DNA of 63,385 bases, filler included, from Lenisia limosa (lineage: Eukaryota > Protista > Breviatea): assembly GCA_001655205.1 (NCBI GenBank). It is 12 parts of 12 records of this genome, joined end to end, with 100 filler letters (N's around TTAATTAATTAA, not from the genome) between each part and the next. Parts side by side here need not be neighbours in the genome. Positions count along the whole stretch, not along the records: positions 9,856 to 19,573 come from LPNZ01000730.1; positions 19,674 to 47,108 come from LPNZ01003667.1; 10 more parts are not named here. One strand, given 5' to 3'. Below, one piece after another: positions 12,692 to 27,200 of this stretch (its first letter is position 1; every line of letters begins with the position of its first letter). Made by a program: the position numbers and the translations under genes. The notes beneath the pieces were generated by a model. The model did no database searches. It worked only from the letters and a program-made list of their open reading frames with translations, and was not told the origin of the DNA.

Positions 12692-15600
12692 ATGATCGTG
12701 GCGATACTGCTGCTTCTCCCATGGCTTGTTCTCGGACACGTAACATTCGACACGAAATTGTTTGATGTGGCGCCTACTCTCGATAACCTCAAGGTTCGTT
12801 TGTTCTCGGCGTTCGAAATCTGACCGGATTGGACAATCATTGTAAAAGATTGGTTACCATATTTTAATTAGTGCCTTAAAATTTAATGTTTGACTTTTGT
12901 TTTTGTAAAAGTATGTCAGCTAAATAATAAATTTTAGAAGAAAACCCATAAGTTGTTTTTATTATTTGTTTTGCCACATACTAAATCTTTGTAACGATTT
13001 AGGCGTTTGGGACTGCTTTCTCTATCTCGGAGCTGCGGACACTTTCAACACAAGTCGCCATCCCAAGAACTATTGGGTGGGTCTTGGTTAGCCAGAATCC
13101 TAATATGTATTATCTCTCTTGTCTTATACCAAGGGAGGGTATAGGATGGACAATAATCCAAAAAAAAACTGTTGAAATGGATATCTTTTTATGCTTTGAT
13201 TGAAAACAATGGTGACTCCAAACATTATAATAATAAAGCGATAATCTGTACATTTTGGTTAGTCAAACCATTTTGTCATATAAATTGCATTTGCCAATTG
13301 TTCAGCATAATTCTGCTAATAAAACCCTTTTGCTTATTTCAGTGTAGCTCGGAGGGCCATACCGAAGTACGACAATTGATCGAAAGATCGTGTTTGGAGG
13401 CTGGATGGAGCATCGAACGAGACAGTTTCCAAGACACCACGCCTCATGGTATCAAGACGTTCTCTAATGTCATCTGCTCTGTTAGGGGTCAGCAAGCAAG
13501 GTATGAGATTATGTTTTTTTGTTCATAGTACCTGTAGTATATAGTATATCATCATATGTATTACAAAGCTGATTTGTTATTTTATTCCTTCCCTTATAAT
13601 TTTTCATGGAGCTGCATACAGAAATTTATTGCTTTGACAAAATACAAAATATAAACTTATGTATATAGTGATGAAACGATTGTTCTTTCGGCGCATTATG
13701 ACAGCAAAATTATGGAGGTGGGATTTTGTGACTTTATTTTGATTTTGAGTTACATTTGTATTCTACTGGTATAGTTGTATAGTTAGCTCTAATTCGCACA
13801 ATGTAAATAGTTCATACCAATTACTGTATAACAGTACCCCTTCATCACCATAACTTGAACAGTACCCCTTTATCGGCGCCACGGACAGCGCCATACCGGT
13901 GGCAATGCTGCTCCAAATGCTGAAACATGCTGAGCTTTGGGTCGGAGACCAGGTGGGTAGGGTTTGATTGGGCCAATTTCGAGCTGTTTTAGAGAGTATC
14001 CCTGAGTGTTCATTACATACATCATAGTTTGAGTCGTTTTCTCAGTTAATTATACCCAAGAATGTGGACTTTGTGTTCTTTGATGGAGAAGAAGCCTTCG
14101 TTTCATGGACCCGTGAGGACTCTGTGTTTGTGGGTGGACCTGTAGAGAATATATGTACCCTTACGGTGGGAAGATCAATCATATCGATGTTTATTTCGGG
14201 TAACTTCAACCAAATATCAATTCTTGATATATCAGGTCCAATCACCATGTTATAGTGCTGTTTTTTGAGTGATTTCTATTATAATCACTTCAAATTTACT
14301 GAAATCATTCCTCAATCCTTAAGAGAATCTACTTGATGGAAAATATGCCCTAAAAAGTGTATTTATAGCTTTGAGTATTTATGTACAAAAGGATTATCAG
14401 ACAAATCGGTACACGCAATCATGCTTATCAGGCGAATTGAGAGACGCAATCATGCTTATCAGGGAGATTATTTATCGCTAACGTGAATATTTAGGACTTA
14501 TCAATTCAGTCTTTTCTGACCAGAGGGAAGTCCTAAATCTAGCATTATATTATTGACGTTATAGTTATGGTGCCCGGCATTTGGCGGATAAATGGGCTAT
14601 GGAACCCCCTTTCGACCACTATCAATACCGAACCGACCCCCATGACTTTTCTGTCAACATTGATAATGAGATATTTGAAGACGTCGTCGATGATGATGAT
14701 GATATCCCGTTTGAACTGCCCGATAACAGACTGAATTCAATTTCCTGCTTGATTTTACTTGATTTGCTGGCTGTGAAAGATGTGGGACAATGAGTGGTCT
14801 TATGTGATTGATAAAAAAGTGTAGATATATCTCCAATTTTGTACTCTGATTATTTTTCGCTGACGCTCCCCCAAACTCTTACCCCCAGGTGCGTATTAAG
14901 AGCTACTGGTCCCAAACGTTCCCTCTCTACCAAGGACTTGTGAAGATGGAGCGCCATATCAAAAAGAGGTCAAAAGTGTATGTGAAGAGAAAAATGCAGC
15001 CATAGGTAAAAACAAACTTGATCATTGTGACATTCGGTACTTAAACCCCAATTTGTATTTGAGGGTTAATGGATTGGTATTTTACTCATCATTCCTCATT
15101 TTGAGAACCATTATTTCAACTTTTGGTATTTTCATTTATACACACTTCATAGCCAACAAATTCACGCAGTCACTCTGCAGAGCAACGCGTTTTGTCTTCG
15201 AAAATAAAACCGCCCAAAACGGCATCGGCATGGATGATGACCGTATGATGGAGTGGATGTCGGCATATATTTAATTGTGGTATGAACCGACCTTCTAGTC
15301 GAAATGTTTAAGGATGATAATACGACCCGAGTGTTCCAGAGTATCATTGAGACAGTCAATCATCACACGAGTGGAAATGAGGTATCATATCACCGGATAA
15401 TGGTGTTCACAATTGTGAAAATGACTCCGATATAATTGGGGTGTATTTGTATTATCCAAGAAACGTGAATTCCTTCATGCACTGAATATCCTATTATATT
15501 GTGTTCACCCCCTAGATCGACCCTTTCTGGAGAAGGGGGTTCCAGTGGTCCACGTGATACCCTACAGGTTTCCTGAAGTCTGGCATAACGTGGGTGGATT

Positions 15601-15924
15601 GGGGGCTTTTGGGCTTCGCAATGATCTGAGTGCCCAGAGTCAAGAAACCCAGGCAGTGTGTGAGCTGGTGATCTGACAAATGATTATAATGGCCTCTTCC
15701 TAATAAAAGTCTAAAAAAAGACGGTTCCTCATTCAATTATTGAGAAATATCCATATCATATGTTATAGCCAAGCCAAAGATATCATACATGATTCAATGA
15801 TTGCTTTCCGCATCTCAACACACTTCAGGAGGGCGACACGTTGGACGTTATAGACTGGCCGACTAGCAGGCAAATAGTCATGTCGTTGTCTCTTGTGATG
15901 GCACGACTCGGCCATCAAGTGTGA
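12692..15924 (+). CDS. QPCT: Glutaminyl-peptide cyclotransferase (M28 family), complete, ~11 exons, N-terminal signal peptide
   Basis: MIVAILLLLPWLVLG...; [107 protein letters not shown]; stop TGA at 15922-15924. The zinc-ligand motifs are intact. Confidence 0.95.
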
Positions 15925-16594
15925 CTTTTTCTTAGTTTTCTTATTATTTTTTATGCATTGATTGAGGTTTTCCCATTTTCTTATTGTGGTATTCATGATT
16001 ATATCTACCCATGGGTATCAGTAATTTTGTTTACTTAAGTCCTAACAAGAAATACCTGTCATGACAATATTTATCGAGGATTCAGGGGATTTACAGATAA
16101 TCCCATGTTCAGGAGAAAAGACCCCCCCCCTCTGCAACCAGTGCACTTTAGACAAACAATAAATAAACGCCCATAATGGCACAGCACGCAGCTACGTAGG
16201 GTGAAAGTCGCTCACCAATTCGAGCAGACTTCCATAGCACTCCCATGAACCTTGGAAATAAATACAAAGGCTGCTCATCAAATTAATTAACAAAACAGCC
16301 TTCTAATAACAAAACTCTTCAAATATTGAAGAGATATGAAGGATTTTGTTTACAATTATCTCTCTTTTTTATCTTATAACTAGATTCCGATCAACTAATT
16401 ATTAATTGATAAAATTGGAAATGAAAGTTCTTGCTACAATGTATCCCACTTCTAATTCAAAATTAATTCCTCAAATAATAGCACGGAGTCCTAACCTCAA
16501 CAAACATTCCAATCTACATCCGTCCACCGCATACCCGGTCTTATTTCTGTCAAGAAGGGAGGGAGCGTGTTGGTGAACGTACGTACACGTGCAT

Positions 16595-19558
16595 ATGAGC
16601 AGCAGCGCCACGATCAAAAGAGACTCGAAGTTAAAGAGCGCGCTCTATGAAGTGAGATCAAACAACGAAGCTCTTGTGATACAGCGGGAAGATGCCGATG
16701 TCAATGAGTGATTCTATAGAGTAGCAATTCAAAAAAGGACAACCGTTTGTAACTGCTTGATGATGATAAGCAGGGAGGTGTAATGAAAAGAAAATAGGGA
16801 TCCTGCTTCCCCTTAATGTATTTAAATATCTAATAAAATCATGATTATGAGTAAGAAAGCCAAGAGAAGCCCTACCATTCTTCAAAATAGATTATTCAAC
16901 CGCCCTTTGTCGATATCTCAAATTTACTACTTTTAATTGCAATCTATTTTGGGATTACTCTAATAAAGCCTGCTTACTACTCGTTTCATCGCTTCATTCT
17001 TAACATAATTGTTCACTTTTATAGTATTGTAACTAATGTTACTAATATAACTTTAATGAAGGTGTTTTGCTCAAATCCTCCCTTTTACCAGCCTTTTACT
17101 CCAGAAGTTGCATTCATAATAGCATATAGAAGCATTGGAGTCATCAAATAGAGAATTGCGATCAGGAGTTTCGTTTTCCAGTTGAAATCATGGTTCTCAG
17201 TGGCGTCTCCACCGCCTCCTTCGTCGCTAAGAGCTCCAACAGACATGCTACCTACCTTAAGCACCAGCCCGACCACCCCACGTCTCCCAACGTCTTTATG
17301 CAGCTCACAGGATACGGCAATGAAGTATTTGACTATGTCAGCAGTAGCTTTGACAAGGTTCTTGCTGACGAAATCGAAACAATGAAAACTGAATTCTTTG
17401 GAAACGCTGAGTAGGCGGGAGCGGAATGTATCATGCAGCACCATTGCATATTATTTCATGCCTAATCAGTAACGGTTGACATGCGCCATGATAGGGAACT
17501 GGATTGGGGTCAATTGTAGCACTGATGCCAGCTTTTTACAAACACCCTATATAACACGGTGACTACCCGCTCCAATAACCTGCCCAGGTCAGTTGCTGAC
17601 GTGACCCTCGTTATTCCCAAGAGACACAAGCGCAGCAAAAGCAAAAAGGTATGTGGGACTGTGCGGCTTCCTTAGGTCAAAAAATGACCAATAAATGAAA
17701 TAAAGTGTTCGAGGATTCACTGGGCAATTCCGTCTTCTCGGATCTAACTGAAACACTAATTATTGATATCCTTTCACAGATTGAGACATCTGTCTTTTGG
17801 GGGATCAAAGTGAGGTCGAATATTCAACTATATTGCAGCTATTGTAGAAATCAAAGAAGTGAGTAGCTGGTTGAATTGGTTCATTCAACTACGCTTATAA
17901 GAGATTGGATTCTAGTCAAAAAAAGCTTAATTACCCCTTTTCCTCACTAGCAAAACTCTGTTGTATTTCCCCCTTTTTCCTTTCTGTTGTATTTCCCCCT
18001 TTTTCTTGATCAAAAATTTGTTGTATTTTCAATACTAATTCTGCTCTCCTTCAGTCCCTTCCATGTCTAAATTTATCGATAAATCTCCGATAATTATCTA
18101 TATTTCACCTGCCCTCCCCTCCCCCTAACACCCCAGAAGACCTTCAGTGAAGACGTCATTGACCTCCTTGTTGAGGAGGCCAGCACGTTTGTCGGCGAAC
18201 CTGACGCTTCCGACATCGAAACTGCCGCTCTCACCATCTTCGTAGGCCTTTGCACTAATTTATGTAATCATCGCTGCTTTTTGATTATTATTTCTATCTT
18301 TGTTGTATTGTCAAAGCTTGTACCCATTACGTGAATAGATATGTTTTGATATAATTGGGGTCACAATGAAACTGTGATCAATAACTGTCAAGATGAAGCG
18401 AATATTAGCCACACTCGAAGCGGCGATCAAGGCCGAAAAGTCTTGGGAAATGGCGGGAGCTTCCATTGCTCTCTGCTGCTTCTTCGCTGAGGGGGTGGGG
18501 AGGTGTCTTTGAGTCATTTCCTGTTCCGTAACGATTGAATTCACATCGTTATTGTAAATGTTTTTGGAACCGAAAGTGAAGCTCTAATCTCTGTTGGTGT
18601 TAGTAAGAGGTGAAGTTCTTCAGAGAGGTATACGATACGTTTTATTTTGTTTCAAATTTGTCTAATGAATGTTATTGTGAATAGTTACCAATGACTCTCC
18701 AAGCATTTAAAGCCTTTTTAACCATTAGACCGTTGTTGCTGCCACCAATCTTGGCGATATTTCATCCGTTGCTGCTACTCTTCTCGGAGTTGAGAACACC
18801 AAACTCGTTGAGGTGGGTGGGCTGACGCTACAAACTTGTGAGGACTATGCTATGTTTTAAACTCGCTGAAGAGATGGTATAGACTGTTATGCCAAATGAT
18901 TGGGTGAAATAATATTATACTATAGTGGACGACTTCGGCCTGATACAACCTTATTTTTTATTTCTCATTGCTATATATATATCGTTAAGAAACATCGCAT
19001 TATATTATTCAGTATTGAAAACGTCTTATCTTACTTTGTTCTGTATTTGGATGACCCCCCCCCCCAGATCCCCAAGGCCATGTCTTCGGACGAAATGTTG
19101 GAGCAGTTCTTTGGTGCACCAGAAGTGGTGGGTTGCTGACTGGGGAGGGGGACAGTTTTTTTTGATATAAAAAAAGAGGGGTAAATGTGCTTCTGTACTT
19201 TTTTTATCCATCTGCTAACATGGAGTAGGAAGGCTTTTCCGCAGACTCCGTCCTTGAAATGCTGTGGGCAGGGTGGTGTTGCGGTCTGGTAGGTATTGTA
19301 GCCTTCTTTGCTCAATATAATTTTAGTCTACCCATTCATAGAGGTGATCTATTCATATACTATCAAGAGCTCCTCTTTCCTTCCGAAAAGACTTTCGAAA
19401 TGCCTCCAATACTGATCACTATTGGCCATCAACCTCCCCGTGAACCGACCCTCGTTGTCAGCCGCCTTCACTCTTCAGAAACAACGCAGAAGATGATGAT
19501 GACGACAGTGACACTGAATATGACCCTGACAAGGATCTCTCTCCAAATGCCGAGCCTG
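16595..19558 (+). CDS. Multi-exon protein with a degenerate PP2C/PPM-like domain (3' end cut by spacer)
   Basis: [19 protein letters not shown]|..[28 protein letters not shown]..|..IETAALTIF|[29 protein letters not shown]|[18 protein letters not shown]... The exon structure is clear. The PP2C likeness rests on by-eye similarity to FFGVFDGHGG and GSTAVVAL..ANVGDSR. Confidence 0.5.
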
Positions 19559-19674
19559 TAGGAGGGGGATTGGNNNNNNNNNNNNNNNNNNNNNNNNNNN
19601 NNNNNNNNNNNNNNNNNTTAATTAATTAANNNNNNNNNNNNNNNNNNNNNNNNNNNNNNNNNNNNNNNNNNNNT

Positions 19675-20752
19675 CCTGGCAGGAGCGCTCTACCTGAATG
19701 AGCGGTTCCGACCCTACCTATCCCCTCGACTGACGACAGTGGACTCGGTCGGCCTGCTGGTAAATGTGGCAACGCTCCTTGCAGGCATCGTGTTCAATGA
19801 CGTGGGGGGTAGAGCAGCGGTATTCCAAGTGTGGAATTTAACCTTCACTCTTGTTCTTTTAACTCTCAATCTCTTCTGATTAGACTTGTTTTCTGACTTG
19901 CTTAGAAAGCTGTGAGCTACACCTATCGAACTCTTTGGACCGTCGTTGTCCTTGTTCTTCTTGGAGGTATGCATTGTGTGTGCAAAGTAGTCTTTATTCT
20001 ACCAAATCAAAACAAGTCTCTCGATAAGCTTTGTTTTTACTAGGGCTCCGTGTAATTAATCCACTGCACAATTTGACGAGGGACATATTGTCTTGGGAAC
20101 TCTATTTCAGACAATTTAATTTCTAATTATGTGAATTAATTTCCTCGAAAAATTAATTGTTCGGAGCCGTGGTTACAACTCTCCAGGCAACATTATGTTC
20201 ATCTTTTTCGTGGTGTACGTTGAAGCCACAACCTCGGGTGAGGAAAAGCCATTGGAGGAAGACCTTGAGTGTATTGAGGTGAGTTGGATTGCACCTCACT
20301 TGATATGTTGAGAGAGCACTTCCGCCAAGCCATAGCATAGCCTATCTGCAATGAAATAGCCCATATTTTCACTCAACAGCAATGTGCGACGTTTGATATG
20401 GAGTCAGCCAAAATGTCTTCTGAGTCCGTGGTGATGACTCCATCCTTTGCCTCCAGCTACGTTTCAGAGTCCACGACAGTGTCAGGCCAAAGTAGCCGAT
20501 CAGGCCAGTACGAAACACCAGACAGCTACGGATCTGAGGTGGGGGGTGTTCTGAGAAAAAAATTCAGGATTGATGCGAAATACTGTTTAAATTTGAAATT
20601 TTAGCAGGTTCATCATCAGAGATTTATGGGAATATATTCTTTGTTTTCCACCTTAGTTTACTCCGTAGATAATCATAGATGATCTGTCTGCTGAAACTGA
20701 GTCAGATGCCGGGCTCGCTCAGCTTGAAAAGGAGCTGGATGGAGAGTTTTAG
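19675..20752 (+). CDS. CRMP-like multipass receptor paralog A, last membrane helices and C-terminal tail
   Basis: LAGALYLNERFRPYLSPRLTTVDSVGLLVNVATLLAGIVFNDVG|KAVSYTYRTLWTVVVLVLLG|GNIMFIFFVVYVEATTSG..|QCATFDMESAKMSSES..|DDLSAETESDAGLAQLEKELDGEF*. Aligns with paralog B (QAKHKPYVSPKLNNAELFGMVVNFATLMIG) and paralog C (SCQPYYVGRLSTLESVCNIVNLIVL). Confidence 0.8.
20041..20170. mobile_element. hAT-type MITE family C (~130 bp)
   Basis: TIR TAGGGCTCCGTG(C/T)AATTAA. Other copies at 38116-38243 (flanks GAATAACG/AAATAAAG) and 60532-60669; fragments at ~1735 and ~16485. Confidence 0.8.
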
Positions 20753-21217
20753 AATTGTATGATATGTATATTTTTATTGGGGGGGGGGGGGNNNNNNNNN
20801 NNNNNNNNNNNNNNNNNNNNNNNNNNNNNNNNNNNNNNNNNNNNNNNNNNNNNNNNNNNNNNNNNNNNNNNNNNNNNNNNTAATATAATGTATGTTCCTG
20901 TAGTAATTCCACTCAGTTGGGTAAAATTACTAGGTATACCTCCATGTTCCCCCTAGGTAGTCGCACGGGTCGTTGGCACTGATAAAAGACAGTCAGTGTA
21001 AGGATCAAAGGAATGCTCCGAAGCCCTATTATTCTTATACTTAGCAAAATACAACTTTTGTCATATTTTAAAGTTGTATTCTATCGTCATATTGGTAATA
21101 TATGCATAATTATGTATATTATGCATATTGCACTGATATAACTCTGAAGATATCTGTTCAAAAACTGTCAAAAGGAAAAATATCTAAATATTGACAATAA
21201 ATAATACAAGGACTACC

Positions 21218-24200
21218 TCAGGCGATGGTGTCCATCTCAGAGTCAAGCGTAACAAACATATTGGAGTCTTGCATCGGCAAGGATTGCTTCTGTTCACATG
21301 ATATGAAGTCACTTTTGGACACCAATATTAAATTACAAAAGCATTTTCATTGAAATAATCACGACAACTAACCTCAGTTTCCATGGGTCCTTGTGCTTCC
21401 AAAGCAATAAGAAACATCATAAATGCTATACTCGCAAAAATGACTGCCAGGGCAAAACTAAAGGGTAACCGTTGAAACTCAAGTAAATCATGAAAATTGT
21501 TGTTCCATCGTATCATTTCATAAATTCCCCCAAATTCTGCATGACCAACATTTCAACGATTGTAGCTGCGGAAGATGATAAACCTCCAAAAAGGAAGACC
21601 AGTCCTAGAATATTACTGTACGAGGCTTTAGGTCAAAGAGACTCGATGGAAGAGTTGAACGAAGCACTGAAAATGGAACATGAAAACACACCAACCAATC
21701 ATAAGGGTTGCAAAGTTAACCACCATGCCAAACAACTCGGCGTTGTTGAGTTTAGGGCTGACATAGGGCTTGTGCTTCGCCTGCATAGTGGCCAAAAGAA
21801 CAAGAACGACGCACATAACTTGCGCCTGGTTTGGGTTAGCACCTCAACTTTTATGATGAAAATGATTGAGTGAATTAAGAGTATAATACCATTATTAATA
21901 ATGTAATAAATGTGATATGGTTCCGAAAGAATTGATAAATTCATATTCTCAAACCCTACCTGTGTATTCGCACTATCTAAGAGGCGTAAAACGAGGACTA
22001 GGGAGAGGGACCTTGATATTACCACCAGCTCCCAGAAGTAACACAATGACGTGAACCTTGAATAGAGGAACCCATATCTATATTGTCAATAATTGAAAAA
22101 CTCTTTGAGAGTGAATAAATGTGAATGATTGTTGCGGTTCAGAGGAGGTCATGATTATCATGTACTCACTTTTGGAATACATCTTCAGACATTCGTTGAT
22201 GGTCATTGCGCAATTTATACAGTAGTTGAGCCATGAATCCAGGTACGCCAACAACCAAAATCACTGCAAATTAATTGGCCGTTTGCAGCAGAGTACAATA
22301 ACAATCTTCTGATATTTACCCAATAGCAGAGCCGTTAAATACCTGTCACGATGGCTGCAAATGGAAGATACTTCAAGTGGTCCCCTTGGTAACACTGAAT
22401 TGAAGGGGCTGCAGTGTTATAATGAAAACAACGTGTATATTATTGGCACTCATGTCATTGAAGGCAACTGGACACAATTTACTGGAGACGGATAATAATC
22501 AACAACGATGCCTACCACTTGTGACGTAAAGGTTATCTCCAATTTTGGTACAGTCAAAATACTGCAGACTCAACTACAGAATTAAAATATTCATTACGGT
22601 AAAGCGTGATATGTTGGATTGGGATAACAATACATAATACACTATACTCTTGCACAATGTAATATTATACACTGTAATAAATCTACTCTGATATGAAAAC
22701 ATATAGGCTTTCTACAGTATACAAAATCGACTCACCAAAGTTCCAGGGAGATAGAGGAGGAGAGGCAACACCAGCGACGTTCGTATCCAAGTCGATCTGA
22801 ACAACTTACGGACAGTGGGGAGTTATCCACTCCTGATATTGTAGGTTAAAGGTTATTGAATTGAATACAGATGTCATAATTTTATAGATTTGACATTTTA
22901 TACTGTCATATGTGCAAAACACATACCTTGACATTTCATGGTCACCTGATACTGCTTTCGCAATGATAAACACAACAAATGTGAAGAATAGTGCAACTGG
23001 AAGAAGAAGAAGCTTCATTACATAGTACTAAATTGATTATTATTATTAAAAAAAGTGTGAAGATCTCAATTTTAAGTATCGCAGACGCTCAATCGTTGAA
23101 ATGTAATTTATGAAACGTTGTCATTGATAACCCCACTTGGTAGAAGCCAATCTCAGCATTTAAGCTGCATTCAGGCTGTGCCACTTCAAGATTCAAATTG
23201 ACGGCTGAGAAGGCTTTTAGCACCGTTTGGAGAGCGGAAGGCCAGTTCAGGTCAAACTCTGAATAGAGTGCCGAGATCTGAGATATTAATATGTGGACTT
23301 TGTTGGCGAATAAATGAAACACAACTACCGACCTGGATGAACTGAACAAGGAGTCTGAAGGCCGAGAATCGAACAGATGTGTCACTGGCCTTAATCGTAA
23401 GCTTTATAAATGGGGTGGTTTGAAGCTTCAACCAGGTTGACCGATTTTCAAATTCCCATTAATATGTTAGTATATAATATCTTGTGACAATTCAATTTAC
23501 CACTGAATTGACATAAAAATCATCTTTGTGAGTTGGTGATGGATCCCCAACCTACATTCCAGCCAAGGGCATAAGTTACTGCAATGAACAAGAAGATGAG
23601 AATCACCATAATAGGCAAGATCCATTTTGACTGAGCCTTGCATTCAGCACATTGCAGGCCGTCTTTGTAGAATCTTGACGTACACTCCGAACAGAGCGGT
23701 CCTGTTAAGGTTATTTCGAGGAAAACTGATAATAATAAAATGTTCTTAAAAACAATTAATATGTCCATGAGTCATGATGTTTTTGTATTCCAACAATTAA
23801 ACTAACAACGCACCTGAGTAACCGTCAGCGCATTCGTTGTTTCCCAGACATCCTGTAGACGAACCGGGACACGCAGCATAGGTGTTGTCGACTGAGTAGT
23901 ACCCGGGTGCAGCCTCAGGTTCTGCCATGGCTCCTGCACAAATGGCCCCGGAAGGACACTCGGTGCAGCTGTCATCTGGGGGGATGGGGGAAATGTCAGG
24001 TTATGTATTAGTGGCATTATCCTTAGGCCTTTGGGATAATAGTCATCAGAATGCTGTGATACAATGTGGCATGTAATGGTGGAACTTCCAAAAAAACAAC
24101 GAAGACTCAAGAACCACCAAACCATTGAGAAAGTATCCAGGTGAACAGACACACATATCCTTTGAAGATGAGCCATAGGTGTGGGTGGTGGTGTGATCGG

Positions 24201-27200
24201 GACATTGTGCACAGGGTTCTCCAGATGTGACGGAGTAAGTTCCTGTTGGACATTGGATACACCTGCATAATGACTTGAAATGCCAAATTGAAAGGTAAAG
24301 GGAAGACGATGCACTATCCCACTGTATAAATGTAGTATAATACTATGTAACTTAGAAAATAAAGTGTAACATTGGTTAAGAAGATAAACCCTCACTTGGG
24401 GATGCTAAGAATGAGTTGGAACTCAGAGCCAGGCGCACATTGGCACGTATTAGAGGAGGTCATCTGGAGATGGGGGGAGTAATACATTTATTTGTTGCAG
24501 TATGTCACTATATTCAACTTTCAACGATGAAAAACAATGATAGAATCATAAAACAGTTATCTCTGCGAGCCCTTACATTGTAAAATCCGTCAAGACAAAC
24601 ACAAGTCTCTTGGTTTGATGCTTCTGAATAGTCCTGGCACTTTGTACACGCCTGAAAAACATGACAATCGCGGGATAACTTAAATAATATATATATAATA
24701 TGCAGATGTTTAGTCTATCAAACAATATTATCGTTTTTATAACGGCAGCAAGCCAGCTCACGTGGTTACCAGCCTGTGGTTTGACAGACGATGATGGGCA
24801 TGGGAGGCATGTAGATTCGGAGGGATAATGGCCTATATCACAGAGGCACTCTGTGACACCAGCGGATGTTTCCTAAAGTAAGTTGAATTCTGCGTTTCCC
24901 ACTGTTTTGTGGAAGATAATTAAACTGAGGTGTATGAGTTGCAGCCTTACAGTTTTTGTAGAGTGTGGAGGGCACTTCTTACAAATGAGCTTGCCTAAAT
25001 GGAATGAAACAATGCCAGCTTTAATGTAATAAAAACGACCAATATGAGTCATGAATGTAAAAAAACAAGTTGGAGAACAACACCTACTAGATTCATTGAT
25101 GATTGATGAGTCACTGTCACAAATGCAGCTTTTGGTCCCATTGAGTGCAATAATCTGAGAAAATAAGTTCCAAAGAGGTAAAACTCTTCAGATGTTAAAC
25201 ATGAAGAATGATACAACCACCCACTGTTGAAAATCCATTGGAACATTCACAGACTTCAATGGACGTACCGCCGCTCTTTGAGGTAAAAAGCGGTATAATT
25301 GTGAACAATATACCAGAGTGTGCATTAGCTGCTAGGGTTTCTCAAAAACAATATTAAAGTGGATACTATAATCACATAGTGTATATTATCACGAAAAAAG
25401 CTTGCAATATCATGTCAAATTCAGTTCCCACTTGAACAGCAAAGAAGTTTTCTGGACACTCAGAACAGATATCCAGTGAGCCTCCGGGGGAATAGCCTGA
25501 TGTACACATCTGGTATATCACTTGGTGTTTTTTAATCAAATACACATTTATACAAAACTGATGATATTCATACTGTTCCTGATACACACACAACCTCTTA
25601 CTTCGCAGCGACCACTTGAATCTACCCATCCATGTCCGGGTTTACAGATGCATGTACTGTTTGACTGCCAGTGTAAAACGACCTTTGAAGATGCAAAAAT
25701 AGCAACACAATAAATTGTATGAGTAAGACCTAGTAACTTCAGTATCAATAATATTCAGGGCATTTGAGAAAAGCCCAAACTGACTTGAAAATTATCTCAT
25801 TGGAAACACAATAATTGACATTCATAACCGGAACGTACCTCCAGCGTCATGGCCCCTGTTCCGCAAGGCATGCAGGTGGACTGCGGCGACAGTGTAGTGT
25901 TTTGGGGGCAAATGCATGAGTCATCAAGAGCTACGTGAAAGGTTATAATGAATGTAAATCTGGCAAAACTCAAAATCCAAAGCTTCCATACTCCCCAATA
26001 TAATTGAGACAAAATATCAACCAAACAAAAAGCCACGAAAAGCCGAGGCTTCTCAGATAAAACAAATGGCATACCTTGGATAAATGTACCAGAGCAGGTG
26101 CACTGGTCAGACGAACTAGAACCTTCAGCAACCGTAGTCAGCCCCTCTGGACACTGGGTACATGTCGCTGCGTTCTGTTGGGTCGAATACGTACCAATCT
26201 GAATGTCAGAATCAAGTTGTCCAAGTCTTATAACACAACCCCTTCCCCACTGAGCATGGTTGACACGTCTCTCCACGCAATGTTCCAGGGTTACAGACAC
26301 AAACGCCTTCAAAATCCGCGGATGAATTTGATAAATACTCGCTGCAAACCAGAGACGACGCCACAATCTGTTTTGATGGTTATCCAAAAGGGAAAAGCAA
26401 CAATAAGACGAAAAAAGAGTCAGGGTCAATATTGATCAAAAAGATCAGGATTCCTACCAATTTCTCAGATTGCATTTCGTGCGCCATGAATTGGAGGGTA
26501 TGGTTTCCACCTTCGTGTGGAACCACCTTCAAGTTTAAAATCAAAGTTGAGATGAATGTGAGGTAAATACACAATGCTTCGTACTCAAATGTTCTGTTGA
26601 TTCATTGAAGGTGCAGAACTATAGACATACGTGTAAAGCACTGAACACAACTTCTCCTGAAGCGTTACAATCCTCTATGGCTCCAGTGATCTGTTGGGGT
26701 GCGGGGGTCACAATCGCATAAGCCGTGCACATTGAGGGTGCAGCAAGTTGGTCAGAAGCACTGACGGTCTAAATGGTGGTCAAATCAAAGTGGAAAATGA
26801 AGGAACTCCATGATTAATTATCTCGTAATCATCAGCTTACTTGCAAAGAGATAGAAGGAAGGATATTTCCATTAAAGCTTGTGGGTGTTCCAGAAGTAAT
26901 CTGGAGGGTCAGACTATACAAAATGGGACATAGCGTAGTGTGATATAGTAATACATGTACACACACGTACATGGAGTGTCTTAGTTCAGAGTCTGAATAA
27001 CCAACCTTTAGTGCTTTGGGGAAGTAGTACACCACGGTAAACTTATGAACCTAAAGGATTATATTAAGAGATTTGCGATATAAACATCTCTTCTGAGAAG
27101 GCAACCTCCATCACACCTGAATATCTACAGTGATGGTCAGCTCAAACTCTCCGGCATCCAATACAGGTAGGTCGCAGTCAACAATAATCTCATTACGTGA

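Noticed and set aside
18311-18544. 77-aa minus-strand ORF suggesting a nested gene
   Set aside because: It is the antisense of a plus-strand exon ([29 protein letters not shown]) that joins its neighbours in frame.
21490-21873. 127-aa plus-strand ORF
   Set aside because: It is antisense to membrane-domain exons of receptor B.
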